Origin: Actinomycetes bacterium
GTDB taxonomy: Bacteria; Actinomycetota; Acidimicrobiia; Acidimicrobiales; Bog-793
Direction of reading: 5' to 3'
NCBI GenBank assembly: GCA_021798985.1
Contig: JAJZBI010000001.1
Location: forward strand, 128,194 to 192,193
DNA length: 64,000 bases
Part shown: one piece after another, positions 40,576 to 49,911 of the stretch
How the letters are laid out: every line of letters starts with the position of its first letter
How positions within the stretch are numbered: the first letter of the stretch is position 1
Notes under the pieces: generated by a model
What the model saw: only the letters and a program-made list of their open reading frames with translations
What the model was told of the DNA's origin: nothing
Databases searched by the model: none
Made by a program: the position numbers and the translations under genes

Positions 40576-41303
40576 CGGGACGCCGGCGCCTCGGGGGCCT
40601 CGGGCGCGGCCTTGGCGGCAGCTTTACGCGACCGCGCCGGTCGCTTCGCCGCGCTGGCGGCCGGCGGCGCCTCGCCGGCGGAGGGATGCGCGCGCGCCCG
40701 AGCACGCGCCGCCGCGGACGGCTCGTCGGACGTCGCGAGGCGAAGCGGCGGTGGCTCGGCCTGACGCGTCGCCCGCTCGGCGAGCGCCGCCGCACCGGGG
40801 CCATTCGGCACCAGCTCCGCCGCGGCCGCCACGATCGAGCGACCGGCCGAGCCCATCTGGCGGCGCAGCAGGTGCTCGACCGCTGAGACCGCCTGGGGCG
40901 CGGAGGGGAGCAGCCCGGCCCACCACAGATAGCCAGCAGCGACTCCGGCGACCCGTTCGCCGAGCTCCTCGTGGTGCAGCAAGATCCGCTCGCCGGCACG
41001 CAACCAGCTGAACAAGGCCGGGTAGCAGGCGGCGAGCACGGAGCGCACGTCGCCTTGCAGTGGGAGCGGGAAGTGGGAGAAGGGGAGCTCGTATTCCTCG
41101 TAGGCGTGCAGGTTGTGGCTCGAGGGGAGCAGTGAGACCACCCGGGTGAAGCCCTGGGCGCGCAGCCACAAGATCTCCTCCTGGCGACGCACGCGTCGGT
41201 GGTGCGGCGCGTAGCCGCCCGGCCGCTCGCTCACGGCGAGCTCGTCCTTGACGATCCAGGCGAAGTTGCGCGGCACGATGCCCGCGGCCCAGCGGCCCTT
41301 CAT
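40572..41303 (-). CDS. Atypical dual-specificity-phosphatase-fold protein (no catalytic Cys) with Ala/Pro/Lys/Arg-rich C-terminal tail
   Basis: LAVSERPGG..EEILWLRAQGFTRVVSLL..YEEYELPFSHFPLPLQGD..RILLHHEELGERVAGVAAGYLWW resembles a DSP/PTP-like fold, with HHEELGER where HCxxGxxR is expected. The C-terminal ~80 aa are low complexity. 4-nt overlaps occur at both ends (folP ATGA, folB GTGA). Confidence 0.6.
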   Translation of the reverse strand: MKGRWAAGIVPRNFAWIVKDELAVSERPGGYAPHHRRVRRQEEILWLRAQGFTRVVSLLPSSHNLHAYEEYELPFSHFPLPLQGDVRSVLAACYPALFSWLRAGERILLHHEELGERVAGVAAGYLWWAGLLPSAPQAVSAVEHLLRRQMGSAGRSIVAAAAELVPNGPGAAALAERATRQAEPPPLRLATSDEPSAAARARARAHPSAGEAPPAASAAKRPARSRKAAAKAAPEAPEAPASR

Positions 41304-42121
41304 CGTCCGGCTCCGCTCATCGCCGCGGGCACCAGCGCGCCAAGGCGCGGGCCGGCGAGCTCGCGGGCTTGGACCGTCGCCCGGACGTCGTGCACCCGCA
41401 CGATCGCGGCACCGGCCAACATCGCCCAGGACGCCACCGCGAGCGAGCCGGGCAGGCGGTCCTCAGGCGGGCGCGGCGGGGCGCCGGCCCGGGCCGCCAG
41501 CACGCCCAAGAAGCGCTTGCGGCTCGCCCCGACGAGCACCGGCTCGCCCGCCGCCACGAGACGACCGAGCCCGGCGAGCAGGGCAAGGTTGTGCGCCGCG
41601 GTCTTGCCGAAGCCGATTCCCGGGTCGACGTAGAGCTCCTCGACACCGAGGGATCGCCCCGCCGACGCGCCCGCGGCGAGCGCGGCGTGCACCTCGCCAA
41701 CCACGTCGTCGTAGTGCGGTGCTCGTTGCATGTCCTGCGGCATCCCCTGGCGGTGCATCACCACGAGCCCGACGCTGTGCTCCGCAGCGATCGGCGCGAG
41801 GGCCCCGCCGATGTCGTTGAGCAGGCTCGCCCCCTCGGCGATCGCCGCGACGGCGACCGCTGGCTTCATCGTGTCGATCGAGATGCGCACCGTTCCCGCA
41901 AGGCCGGCGACCACGGGCAGGACCCGGCGCAGCTCCTCGTCCTCGGCCACCGGCTCGGCGCCGGGCCGGGTCGACTCGCCGCCGATGTCGATGATGTCCG
42001 CGCCCTCCGCCGCCATCGCGCGGCCGCGCTCGATCGCGGCGTCGGCCCGAAGGTAGCGACCGCCATCGAAAAAGGAGTCAGGCGTGACATTGAGCACACC
42101 CATGACAAGGGGCTTCACCAC
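41300..42121 (-). CDS. folP: Dihydropteroate synthase
   Basis: MGVLNVTPDSFFDGG, IIDIGGESTRPG, and the GFGKT and VRVHDV motifs. Confidence 0.93.
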   Translation of the reverse strand: MVKPLVMGVLNVTPDSFFDGGRYLRADAAIERGRAMAAEGADIIDIGGESTRPGAEPVAEDEELRRVLPVVAGLAGTVRISIDTMKPAVAVAAIAEGASLLNDIGGALAPIAAEHSVGLVVMHRQGMPQDMQRAPHYDDVVGEVHAALAAGASAGRSLGVEELYVDPGIGFGKTAAHNLALLAGLGRLVAAGEPVLVGASRKRFLGVLAARAGAPPRPPEDRLPGSLAVASWAMLAGAAIVRVHDVRATVQARELAGPRLGALVPAAMSGAGR

Positions 42122-42163
42122 GCCGCCAGCCTAAAGCTTGTCGAGGAGCCAGGGGACCGGTGC

Positions 42164-42763
42164 TCAGCGCCCGGCGCGCACGAACCCCATCGCCTCGGCG
42201 CGCGTCGCCGGGTCGGTGCGGAACAGGCCTCGCACCGCCGAGGTCACCGTCAACGTGCCCGGCTTGCGCACGCCGCGCATCGACATGCACAGGTGCTCGG
42301 CCTCGACGACGACGAAGGTGCCGCGTGGCTCGAGCATGCGCTGGATCGACTCGGCGATCGCCGTCGTCAGTCGCTCTTGGACCTGGAGACGACGAGCGTG
42401 GGCGTCGACGAGCCGGGCGAGCTTGGACAGGCCCGTGATCCGGCCGTCCTCGTTCGGGATGTAGGCCACGTGCGCCCGCCCGATGAAGGGGATCAGATGG
42501 TGCTCGCACAGCGACGCGAAGGGGATGTCGCGGACCATCACCATCTCGTCGTGCTCGGCCGCGAAGGTCACTCGCAGGTGGTGGTCTGGGTCCTCGACCA
42601 TTCCGGCGAGCAGCTCGCGGTACATGGCAGCGACGCGCTTTGGCGTATCGGCGAGATCGGGGCGATCGGGATCCTCGCCCACCGCAACCAGCAGCTCTCG
42701 CACGGCCCGCGCCGCGGCATCGAGGTCGACCGCTGGGTGAGGGGCGGGGTCGTCGCTGTTCAG
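42164..42763 (-). CDS. folE: GTP cyclohydrolase I (start uncertain; probable CTG in CTGA overlap with hpt stop)
   Basis: [40 protein letters not shown] and QVQERLT motifs. The only in-frame ATG/GTG/TTG codons are at 42925 (166 nt inside hpt) or 42703, which would remove the conserved helix [13 protein letters not shown] at 42763 follows GGAGGAATC. Confidence 0.85.
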   Translation of the reverse strand: MNSDDPAPHPAVDLDAAARAVRELLVAVGEDPDRPDLADTPKRVAAMYRELLAGMVEDPDHHLRVTFAAEHDEMVMVRDIPFASLCEHHLIPFIGRAHVAYIPNEDGRITGLSKLARLVDAHARRLQVQERLTTAIAESIQRMLEPRGTFVVVEAEHLCMSMRGVRKPGTLTVTSAVRGLFRTDPATRAEAMGFVRAGR

Positions 42764-43347
42764 GATTCCTCCGCGCCGTCGACGAGATGGATGCCGCGCA
42801 GGTTCCGGTAGCGCTCGGCGACATCGAGCCCGTAGCCGGCGACAAAGTCCGGCGGGATCTCGAAGCCGACGTAGGGCACCTCGAGGTTCACGCGCTGCTG
42901 GCCCTTTTTCATGAGCAACGAGCACACCTCGAGCGAGGCCGGGCCGCGCGCGAGGAGGCCCTTGCGCAGATAGGAGAGGGTGAGCCCGCTGTCGACGATG
43001 TCCTCGACGATGAGCACGTGCCGGTCGGTCAGATCCGCATCGAGGTCCTTCACGATGCGGACGATGCCGCTCGTCTTGGTGGCCACCCCGTAGGAAGACA
43101 CCGCCATGAAGTCGATCTCGAGCGGCAGCTCGATCGCCCGAGCGAGGTCGGCCATGAAGACGAAGGCGCCCTTCAGCACGCCGATCAGCAACGGATTGCG
43201 ACCCGCGTAGTCGGCGGTGATCGCCTCGCCCAGCTCGCCAACTCGGCGTTGGATCTCCTCCTCGGAGATGAGGACCTCACCGGGCGTCATCCCCGAGGGA
43301 CCACCCGGTGACAGGTCGGGTCGATCCGAGCCGTCGGCTGCGCTCAT
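42760..43347 (-). CDS. hpt: Hypoxanthine phosphoribosyltransferase
   Basis: [29 protein letters not shown] (PRPP motif) and [15 protein letters not shown] at 43347 was chosen (alternative ATG at 43290). The upstream part of the ORF was rejected. Confidence 0.9.
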   Translation of the reverse strand: MSAADGSDRPDLSPGGPSGMTPGEVLISEEEIQRRVGELGEAITADYAGRNPLLIGVLKGAFVFMADLARAIELPLEIDFMAVSSYGVATKTSGIVRIVKDLDADLTDRHVLIVEDIVDSGLTLSYLRKGLLARGPASLEVCSLLMKKGQQRVNLEVPYVGFEIPPDFVAGYGLDVAERYRNLRGIHLVDGAEES

Positions 43348-43454
43348 CGCCACGACCTTACTGGGTGCCGTCGCGTCAAGCCTCGGCCACCAGGGACCAT
43401 TGGGCCGCTCGGGAACCCGCGGGGGACCGGCCACTCGGCCAGTAGCCGCCGAAC

Positions 43455-44357
43455 TCAGCGGTCGGGGCGCTCGACACGCAGCCGGCCGCGCGAGCGCGAC
43501 AAGCGGGCGCCGCCGGGCAGTTCGCACGCCGCCACCTCACCGCGGGCCACCGAGAGCGCCCGCTCGATGGCGGCGAGCTCGAGCGGGTGATCGAGCTCGA
43601 GCTCCTCGCGAAGGTGCCGGCGCAGGGCGCGGCGCGCCAGTGCCGGATCCGCCGCGGCGAGCGCCGGGGCCGAGCTGGCATCGATCTGTGCGGCGAGGCG
43701 GTCGAGAAGCGCTCGTTCCCCGGCAAGCAGCCCGGCCTGACGGGCGAGGACGCCGACGAGGTCGCGCTGGGCGACCTCGCACAACAACGGCAAGACCTCG
43801 GCCCGGACGCGGTTGCGGCGGTGCTCGGGCGCCGTGTTGGTCGGGTCTCGCACGATCGGCAGCCCGAGCGAGCGGGCGAGCCGCTCGGTCTCCGCACGGC
43901 GCAGCCCAAGGATGGGGTGGCGCGCTCCGGGCGTCATCGCGCACAGCCCGTCGATGCCCGAGCCGCGCAGCAAGTTCAACACGATGGTCTCGGCCTGGTC
44001 ATCAGCGGTGTGTCCGGTGGCGACGTCCTCGGGCAGCGCACCAAAGCGGGCCGCACGCGCCCGCGCCTCGAGATTGGGGCCCGGCGTGCACGGCGCGAAG
44101 CGAGCGACGAAATCCGCACCGAGCGCCGCGGCCTGCGCCGCGACGATGCGCGCCTCGTCTCCTGAGCCGGGGCGAAGACCGTGATCGACATGGAACGCCG
44201 TCACGGCACACCCGGACGCCACCGCCAGGGCGAGCAGCGCGAGGGAGTCGGGGCCGCCAGAGACCGCGCAGGAGACCGGACTTCCACAAGGCGGGAAGCG
44301 ACAGCGCGCCAAGAGCTCGGAAGCGAGCGGAGGGAGCACCGGGCGGGCCAGCCTCAC
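43455..44357 (-). CDS. tilS: tRNA(Ile)-lysidine synthetase
   Basis: In-frame part of ORF 43455..44936. The GTG at 44357 forms a GTGA overlap with the upstream stop. PP-loop VSGGPDSLALL, plus HVDHGLR and GHTADDQAETIVLNLLRG. Confidence 0.88.
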   Translation of the reverse strand: MRLARPVLPPLASELLARCRFPPCGSPVSCAVSGGPDSLALLALAVASGCAVTAFHVDHGLRPGSGDEARIVAAQAAALGADFVARFAPCTPGPNLEARARAARFGALPEDVATGHTADDQAETIVLNLLRGSGIDGLCAMTPGARHPILGLRRAETERLARSLGLPIVRDPTNTAPEHRRNRVRAEVLPLLCEVAQRDLVGVLARQAGLLAGERALLDRLAAQIDASSAPALAAADPALARRALRRHLREELELDHPLELAAIERALSVARGEVAACELPGGARLSRSRGRLRVERPDR

Positions 44358-45445
44358 GCGGGGGTCGCGGCGCGTCCCCCGACCCGCTCGACCCAGCGCT
44401 CGGGCTCGCGGATCTCCTCCATGCTCGGCAGCAGCTCGGGCGAGCTCCAGACCCGGGAGAAGAGCTCCTCGCCGCCGGCCTCGAGCACGTAGCCGACAAA
44501 GCGCTCCCCCTCCGCGTACTGGCGCAGCTTGCCCTCGAGGCCGATCGCTTGGCGGGCGATCCGGGCCAGTGGGCCGACCTCGCTGCGGCGGCGGCGGAGC
44601 ACGTCGGCAAAGCGCTCGGCCGAAGGGATCTCCGCCGACCCGGCGCTCGACATCACGACGTCCCCGTGCCCCTCGAGCAGGCTCATCAACGCCTGGGCCT
44701 CGCGCAGCGTGGCGAGCTGCTCGGAGGAGGCGAGCACGCCGACGATGCCCGCGTCGGCGAGCGGGTTGCGACCTTCCCGGAGCTCGGCCGCGGCGCGCCG
44801 CAGGCTGCTCAACAACGCCTGGGCATCGGGGGCACCGAGCGCGCTGCCCCGCTCGACGAGGTCGAGGAAGTAGCCACGCATCCAGGGCACGCCGGTGAAC
44901 TGCACCCGGTGGGTTACCTCGTGCAGCGCGATCCACAGCCGGAACTCCTCGGCAGGAAAGCCGTGACGCCGCTCGAGTTCAAGGATGTTCGGACCGACGA
45001 AGTAGACGGCGTCGAGCTCGGAGCCCTCGACCGGCAGGAGGTCGTACTGGCCGAGCACCCGGCCCGCCATCCAGGCGAGCAGCACCCCGACCTCGGCTCC
45101 CGCTGCGGCGCGGCTCAATGGGTTGAGCGCCCGGCGGGCACGCGGGCTCGCGGCGAGACGGCGCGCGACCGGGCGCAGGAGGCGGCGGAACGAGGCAAGG
45201 TTCGCCTCCACCCAGCCGGCGCGATCGGTGACGAGCGCACGCACCGGGCCGACCGTCGGGTGGAGCCCGGTCGCCTGCTCGACGAGCCGCTCAGCGCGGA
45301 CGGTGGCCGCGTCGAAGTCCTGTCGCAACGCCGCGAGCTCACGGTTCGAGACGGGCGGGGCGGGCGCCAGGCGCAAGGTCTGACGGGCGACGCGCAACGC
45401 AACGTCCCACGCCACGATCTCGGGCGCTGCCGGTTCGTCCATCAC
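44354..45445 (-). CDS. Zinc-dependent metalloprotease (DUF2342 family)
   Basis: HExxH motif in WIALHEVTHRVQF. Family-like context next to tilS, as with the mycobacterial Rv3626c-like gene as I recall. Confidence 0.75.
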   Translation of the reverse strand: MMDEPAAPEIVAWDVALRVARQTLRLAPAPPVSNRELAALRQDFDAATVRAERLVEQATGLHPTVGPVRALVTDRAGWVEANLASFRRLLRPVARRLAASPRARRALNPLSRAAAGAEVGVLLAWMAGRVLGQYDLLPVEGSELDAVYFVGPNILELERRHGFPAEEFRLWIALHEVTHRVQFTGVPWMRGYFLDLVERGSALGAPDAQALLSSLRRAAAELREGRNPLADAGIVGVLASSEQLATLREAQALMSLLEGHGDVVMSSAGSAEIPSAERFADVLRRRRSEVGPLARIARQAIGLEGKLRQYAEGERFVGYVLEAGGEELFSRVWSSPELLPSMEEIREPERWVERVGGRAATPA

Positions 45446-45475
45446 CTCAGCCTAGGGTCGGCACCTGGGTTCCGG

Positions 45476-45802
45476 TCAGGCGCGCTGCTCCTGCTCGTTG
45501 CGCAGCGCCGTGGCGATGCGGTCGCGCAGCTGCTCGGGGACACGGTCTCGGCACCGATCGGCGATCACGCGGCGCAGCTCAGCCTCGAAGTCGACAGCAT
45601 CGAGGCAGTCGCCGCAGTGGTCGAGGTGCTTGGAGATTGCGCTGCGTCGGTCGTCGGTCAGCTCGCCGTCCAAGAAGAAGTAGAGGCGGTGGATCGTCTC
45701 CTCGCAGTTGGCGACGTCGCCGCCTTGCGCCGCGCCCTGGCCCCCGCACCAGCCGCCGACCGGGCCGTTGGCGCCGCCTCGGTCGCTCATCTCGTCTCCC
45801 AT
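45476..45802 (-). CDS. rsrA: Zinc-associated anti-sigma factor (RsrA/RshA-like, ZAS family)
   Basis: NCEETIHRLYFFLDGEL..HLDHCGDC (H-x3-C-x2-C ZAS motif), located directly downstream of an ECF sigma gene. Confidence 0.85.
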   Translation of the reverse strand: MGDEMSDRGGANGPVGGWCGGQGAAQGGDVANCEETIHRLYFFLDGELTDDRRSAISKHLDHCGDCLDAVDFEAELRRVIADRCRDRVPEQLRDRIATALRNEQEQRA

Positions 45803-45812
45803 CTCCGCCGGA

Positions 45813-46385
45813 TCATCGTGGAGCTGCCTCCACCAGGCCCCGCTGGAGCCCGTACTCCCCCAACGCCTTCTGGAGCGCTCTCCTTCCCCGGTGGATCCGA
45901 CTCATCACCGTGCCGATCGGCACCTCGGTGATCTCGGCGATCTCCTTGTAGGAAAAGCCCTCGACATCGGCGAGCAGCACGGCGATCCGGAACACCTCGG
46001 GCAGAGACTCGATCGCCGCCTTCACCTCGTCGTCGGTGAAGCGATCGAGCACCTCCTCCTCGGCGCTGCGGCCGTCCGCCGAGCCACCTGCGGCGCCGAG
46101 GCGCCGGTAGAGGTACAGGTCCTCGACGTTCTCGACGTCGCTCTCTTCAGGGCGACGCCGGCGCGCCCGGTAGGCATTGATGTAGGTGTTGGTCAAGATG
46201 CGGTAGAGCCACGCCTTGAGGTTGGTGCCCTCCTCGAAGCGCTCATAGCCCCGGTAGGCCTTGAGGTAGGTCTCCTGCAAGAGGTCCTCGGCGTCTGAAG
46301 GGTTCCTCGTCATCCGCATGGCGGCGCTATAGAGCGACGGCATGTACTCCATCGCGTCGTCCACAAAGCGTGCCGGATCGGCCAT
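45813..46385 (-). CDS. sigH: ECF sigma factor, SigH/SigR-like
   Basis: Region 2 [40 protein letters not shown] and region 4 [28 protein letters not shown]. It is paired with a ZAS anti-sigma gene. Confidence 0.88.
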   Translation of the reverse strand: MADPARFVDDAMEYMPSLYSAAMRMTRNPSDAEDLLQETYLKAYRGYERFEEGTNLKAWLYRILTNTYINAYRARRRRPEESDVENVEDLYLYRRLGAAGGSADGRSAEEEVLDRFTDDEVKAAIESLPEVFRIAVLLADVEGFSYKEIAEITEVPIGTVMSRIHRGRRALQKALGEYGLQRGLVEAAPR

Positions 46386-46408
46386 ACGTTGACCTTACTC
46401 CCCGACTC

Positions 46409-47365
46409 TCAAGATCCGGTCCCCGCCTGCGACGCAAGGCGAGCGGACACCTCAGCAGCAGTCGGCGGGTCGGCGCCCTGGCGCTCGCAGGTGATGCTGG
46501 CCGCCGCCGCGGCATAAGCCAGCGCCTCATCGACGTCTCGACGCCCGACGCCGGCGAGGCGCTCGGCGAGGAGCCCCGCCCGCGAGAAGCAGTGCAAGAG
46601 CGCGGCGGAATACGTGTCGCCGGCACCGACGGTGTCCACCACCTCGACGACGGGACTGACCAGGGAGAAATGCTCGTCGCCGAAGAAGACGAGGGGGCCG
46701 GCCGCGCCCTGAGAGACCACCAGCAGCCGGGGCCCGAGGCTGGCCCACGCGGCGCCCGAGGCGGCGACCGGACGGTCGGGATAGAGCAGCTCGAGGTCCT
46801 CGCCGCTCACCCGGACCAGATCAGCGCGGCCGACGAGGCGTTCGAGGTCGGCCCGGTATTGGGGCACATCGGCGACGACGCTGAGGCGCACGTTCGGATC
46901 GAGCGAGATCGTCACCTGCTCGCCGAGGGACGCCACGAAGTCCCCGAGGACCCGCCGGCCGGCGAGCGAGGCGAGCGACATCGAGCCGAGGTGGACAGCG
47001 GTGAACGAGGCGCTCGACGCCGGCGCGTCTCCCGGCTGCCAGCAGGCCCCGGCCGTCGCGTCGAAGTAGAAGGCATAGCGCGCGTCCCCGCCGCTCGAGA
47101 GGCTCACCAGCGCGAGCGTCGTCGGCTCGGCCGCCGCCACGACATAGGAGAGATCCACCCCGTTGTGCTCGAGATAGTGGCGCACGAGATCCCCACAGGC
47201 ATCTTCGCCGAGCCGGGTGCAGAGCGCGACGTTCTCGCCGAGGCGCGCCAGGGCCACCGCTGCGTTGGCCGGGCTGCCACCGGGCAGCGAGCGCAGCATC
47301 GGCGCCTCCGAGCCGCCCGCGACCTCGACGAGGTCGACCAATGCCTCCCCGCACACGAGGATCAC
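46409..47365 (-). CDS. PfkB-family carbohydrate kinase (fructokinase/ribokinase-like)
   Basis: In-frame part of ORF 46409..47551. The GTG at 47365 follows GAAAGGGG. VILVCGEALVDLV, GGSPANAAVALARLG and DTVGAGDTY motifs are present. Confidence 0.85.
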   Translation of the reverse strand: MILVCGEALVDLVEVAGGSEAPMLRSLPGGSPANAAVALARLGENVALCTRLGEDACGDLVRHYLEHNGVDLSYVVAAAEPTTLALVSLSSGGDARYAFYFDATAGACWQPGDAPASSASFTAVHLGSMSLASLAGRRVLGDFVASLGEQVTISLDPNVRLSVVADVPQYRADLERLVGRADLVRVSGEDLELLYPDRPVAASGAAWASLGPRLLVVSQGAAGPLVFFGDEHFSLVSPVVEVVDTVGAGDTYSAALLHCFSRAGLLAERLAGVGRRDVDEALAYAAAAASITCERQGADPPTAAEVSARLASQAGTGS

Positions 47366-47466
47366 GCGCAGCCCCTTTCGGTCCGATCGCGCGGCTGCGG
47401 CACCAAGTGGCGACGCGTGGCGACCTGTCCAGTCTACGCGGGCACCTGTACGCTGCCCGGGTGACC

Positions 47467-48114
47467 ATGGCGGAAGAAGGCGATGCGCATCAGGCCGTGC
47501 CGGTACTGATGGACGAGCGACCCGCCCGTCGGGCTGTCCATCGCCGGCCACGCTCCAACCGCTGGATCGAGTGGTTCGGGGTGCTGTTTGTCGCCGCCCT
47601 GATCGCGTTCTTGGTGCGCACGTTTGCCATCGAGACCTTCTACGTCCCTTCCGGCTCGATGACCCCGACGCTCATCACGGGGGACCGCATCCTCGTCGAC
47701 AAGCTGCCATGGGTGCGCGACAACATCCACCGCGGTGATGTGATCGTCTTCCGGCGGGTTCCCTCCGACCCGATGCTGCAGGACGCCGATCTCGTCAAGC
47801 GGGTGATCGGTCTCCCCGGCGAGACGATCTGGTCCAAGGGCCACACGATCTACGTGGACGGCAAGCCGCTCAAAGAGCCGTTCTTGCCGAACCTGCGCGG
47901 CGTGTACTCCGAGCCTGGGCATCAGGCGTGCGCGCAACAGAACTGGAACATCAAGCGCACGGTCATCCCCGCTGCCCACTACTTCGTCATGGGCGACTGC
48001 CGGCAGATCTCCTACGACAGCCGCTACTGGGGTCTCGTCCCGGCGAGCTACATCGTCGGCAAGGTCTTCCTCGTCATCTGGCGGAACGGGCACCCTTGGT
48101 TCCACTGGCTCTGA
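47467..48114 (+). CDS. lepB: Signal peptidase I
   Basis: In-frame part of ORF 47341..48114 (ATG 47467; GTG 47461 is possible). Catalytic Ser motif VPSGSMTPTL, plus KRVIGLPGE and GDCRQISYDSRYWG. Confidence 0.88.
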   Translation: MAEEGDAHQAVPVLMDERPARRAVHRRPRSNRWIEWFGVLFVAALIAFLVRTFAIETFYVPSGSMTPTLITGDRILVDKLPWVRDNIHRGDVIVFRRVPSDPMLQDADLVKRVIGLPGETIWSKGHTIYVDGKPLKEPFLPNLRGVYSEPGHQACAQQNWNIKRTVIPAAHYFVMGDCRQISYDSRYWGLVPASYIVGKVFLVIWRNGHPWFHWL

Positions 48115-48796
48115 GCGGCGGCTCGCAGGGGCCAGCCTCAGCGAGCCGCGCGACGCCGTCGAGCACGACCTTGAGCGACGCCACGAACTGCGCGTCCCAG
48201 GAGTCCTTGAGGAAGGGCGCGATCCGCGCCAGCGCCGGGAAGTCGCGCTCAGGCGGGGGCGGCGCGTCGACCGACGACCCGCTGCGCACCATGCGCTCCA
48301 CGGTGACGTAGCCGACGAGATAGGCGCCGATCGCCCGCCAGGCGTCCGCTGCCGCCGGTTCGCTCAGGCCAGCGTCGTGCAGCGCGTCGAGCATCGCCTC
48401 GATCGCCGGCCGCCCGCGAAGCGGCACCCCCCCGTGCTTGAAGAGCAACGGCAGGGCGTTTGGATGGGCGAGCAGCAGGCTGCGGAATGACGCCGCCAGA
48501 CCGACGAGGCGCTCTCGCCACGTCTCCCCCGGTGTCGGCGCGGGCGGCGGCGCCCCGAAAATCTCACGGGCGAGCTCGGAGAACAGCTCGTCCTTGCTCG
48601 CGTAGTACCGATACAGCGACATCACGCCGACGCCAAGTCGTCGGGCGAGGCGGCGCATCGAGAACGCCTCGAGGCTCTCGTCATCAAGCAGGGTGAGCGC
48701 CATCGCGGCGATCCGCTCGCGCGACAGCGCTGCGGCCGCTCTCGGACCGCCGCCGCGCACTGTCCCGTCGCCCTCGCGTTCCATGTCCATGCTCAT
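48074..48796 (-). CDS. TetR/AcrR family transcriptional regulator
   Basis: HTH FSMRRLARRLGVGVMSLYRYYASKDEL. It is divergent from an ABC exporter pair, and its 3' end overlaps the lepB 3' end by about 41 nt. Confidence 0.85.
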   Translation of the reverse strand: MSMDMEREGDGTVRGGGPRAAAALSRERIAAMALTLLDDESLEAFSMRRLARRLGVGVMSLYRYYASKDELFSELAREIFGAPPPAPTPGETWRERLVGLAASFRSLLLAHPNALPLLFKHGGVPLRGRPAIEAMLDALHDAGLSEPAAADAWRAIGAYLVGYVTVERMVRSGSSVDAPPPPERDFPALARIAPFLKDSWDAQFVASLKVVLDGVARLAEAGPCEPPLRASGTKGARSAR

Positions 48797-48820
48797 CTAC
48801 GGCCCGTGCTCGTGTACGGT

Positions 48821-48843
48821 GGGTGCGTACAGCGTACGCACCC
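48821..48843. promoter_or_regulatory. 10-3-10 perfect inverted repeat, candidate TetR operator
   Basis: GGGTGCGTAC-AGC-GTACGCACCC lies in the 83-nt tetR/ABC divergent intergenic region. Confidence 0.6.
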
Positions 48844-48879
48844 GCGTGGGCGGGGTCGATCCGGGGACCAGGAGGCGCC

Positions 48880-49911
48880 ATGGACGGGGTGGATCACGCG
48901 GCGATCGTCGCTCGTGGGATCGTCAAGCGCTTCGAAGAGACCGTGGCGCTCGACGGCCTCGACCTCGAGGTCCCCCGTGGCTCGGTGCTCGGCCTGCTCG
49001 GCCCGAACGGGAGCGGCAAGACCACCTTGGTGCGCGTCCTCACCACCCTCACGCGCCCCGACGAGGGATCCGCCGCCGTCGAGGGCCACGACGTCGTGCA
49101 CCAGGCCGCCGCCGTGCGGCGCCGCATCGGGCTCGCCGGTCAGTTCTCGGCCGTCGACGACCACCTCACCGGCTACGAGAACCTGGAGATGGCGGGCCGC
49201 CTCTACCACCTCGATCGCCAGACGGCGGCGCGGCGCGCGCACGAGTTGCTCGAGCGCTTCCAGTTGACGGACGCGGCGAGCCGGCCGGCGAAGGGCTACT
49301 CGGGGGGGATGCGGCGGCGCCTCGACCTCGCCGCCAGCCTGGTCGCCCAGCCCTCGGTGCTGTTTCTCGACGAGCCGACGACGGGCCTCGACCCGCGCAG
49401 CCGCCTCGATCTGTGGGGCGTGATCCGTGACCTGGTGCGGGACGGCACCACGTTGCTGCTGACGACCCAGTACCTGGAGGAAGCGGACCAGCTGGCGGAC
49501 TCGATCGTCGTCATCGACCACGGGCGGGTGATCGCCAAGGGCACCGCCCCCGAGCTGAAGAGCCGCGTCGGGGGCGACGTGTTGACGGGCACCGTCGCCT
49601 CGAACGCCGACCTCGAGCGAGCAAGGGAAGCGCTCGCGCCCCTCGGCGTCGGCGAGGCCCAAGAGGACCCGGTGACGAACGAGCTGCGCCTCCCGGTCGG
49701 CTCGATGGGTTCGCGGGCCCTGCTCGAGGCGGTGCGGCTCCTCGACAACGAGGGCATCGAGGTGCTCGACCTCGCGATCAACCGGCCCTCGCTCGACGAC
49801 GTCTTCCTGGCCCTCACCGGACACGCGGCCTCGAACGCACCGGCGACGCCGCAAAAGGGCCGGCGAGCCAAACGGCGCGAGCGAGCGGCGGCGGGATCGG
49901 AGGCACGATGA
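48880..49911 (+). CDS. ABC transporter ATP-binding protein (DrrA-like, ABC-2 exporter subfamily)
   Basis: In-frame part of ORF 48823..49911. ATG at 48880 follows GGAGG. GPNGSGKTT, YSGGMRRRLDLA and LFLDEPTTGLDP motifs are present. Confidence 0.88.
   Translation: MDGVDHAAIVARGIVKRFEETVALDGLDLEVPRGSVLGLLGPNGSGKTTLVRVLTTLTRPDEGSAAVEGHDVVHQAAAVRRRIGLAGQFSAVDDHLTGYENLEMAGRLYHLDRQTAARRAHELLERFQLTDAASRPAKGYSGGMRRRLDLAASLVAQPSVLFLDEPTTGLDPRSRLDLWGVIRDLVRDGTTLLLTTQYLEEADQLADSIVVIDHGRVIAKGTAPELKSRVGGDVLTGTVASNADLERAREALAPLGVGEAQEDPVTNELRLPVGSMGSRALLEAVRLLDNEGIEVLDLAINRPSLDDVFLALTGHAASNAPATPQKGRRAKRRERAAAGSEAR

Noticed and set aside
43217-45931. 904-aa ORF on the plus strand
   Set aside because: It is antisense to hpt, tilS, the DUF2342 protease and rsrA. 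It is extremely Arg/Pro/Gly-rich and therefore an artefact.
46386-46520. Search for a SigH/SigR-type autoregulatory promoter (GGAAT-N18-GTT) upstream of sigH
   Set aside because: No convincing match was found by eye. The nearest candidate (GGGGAC-N18-GAGT) lacks the GTT element.
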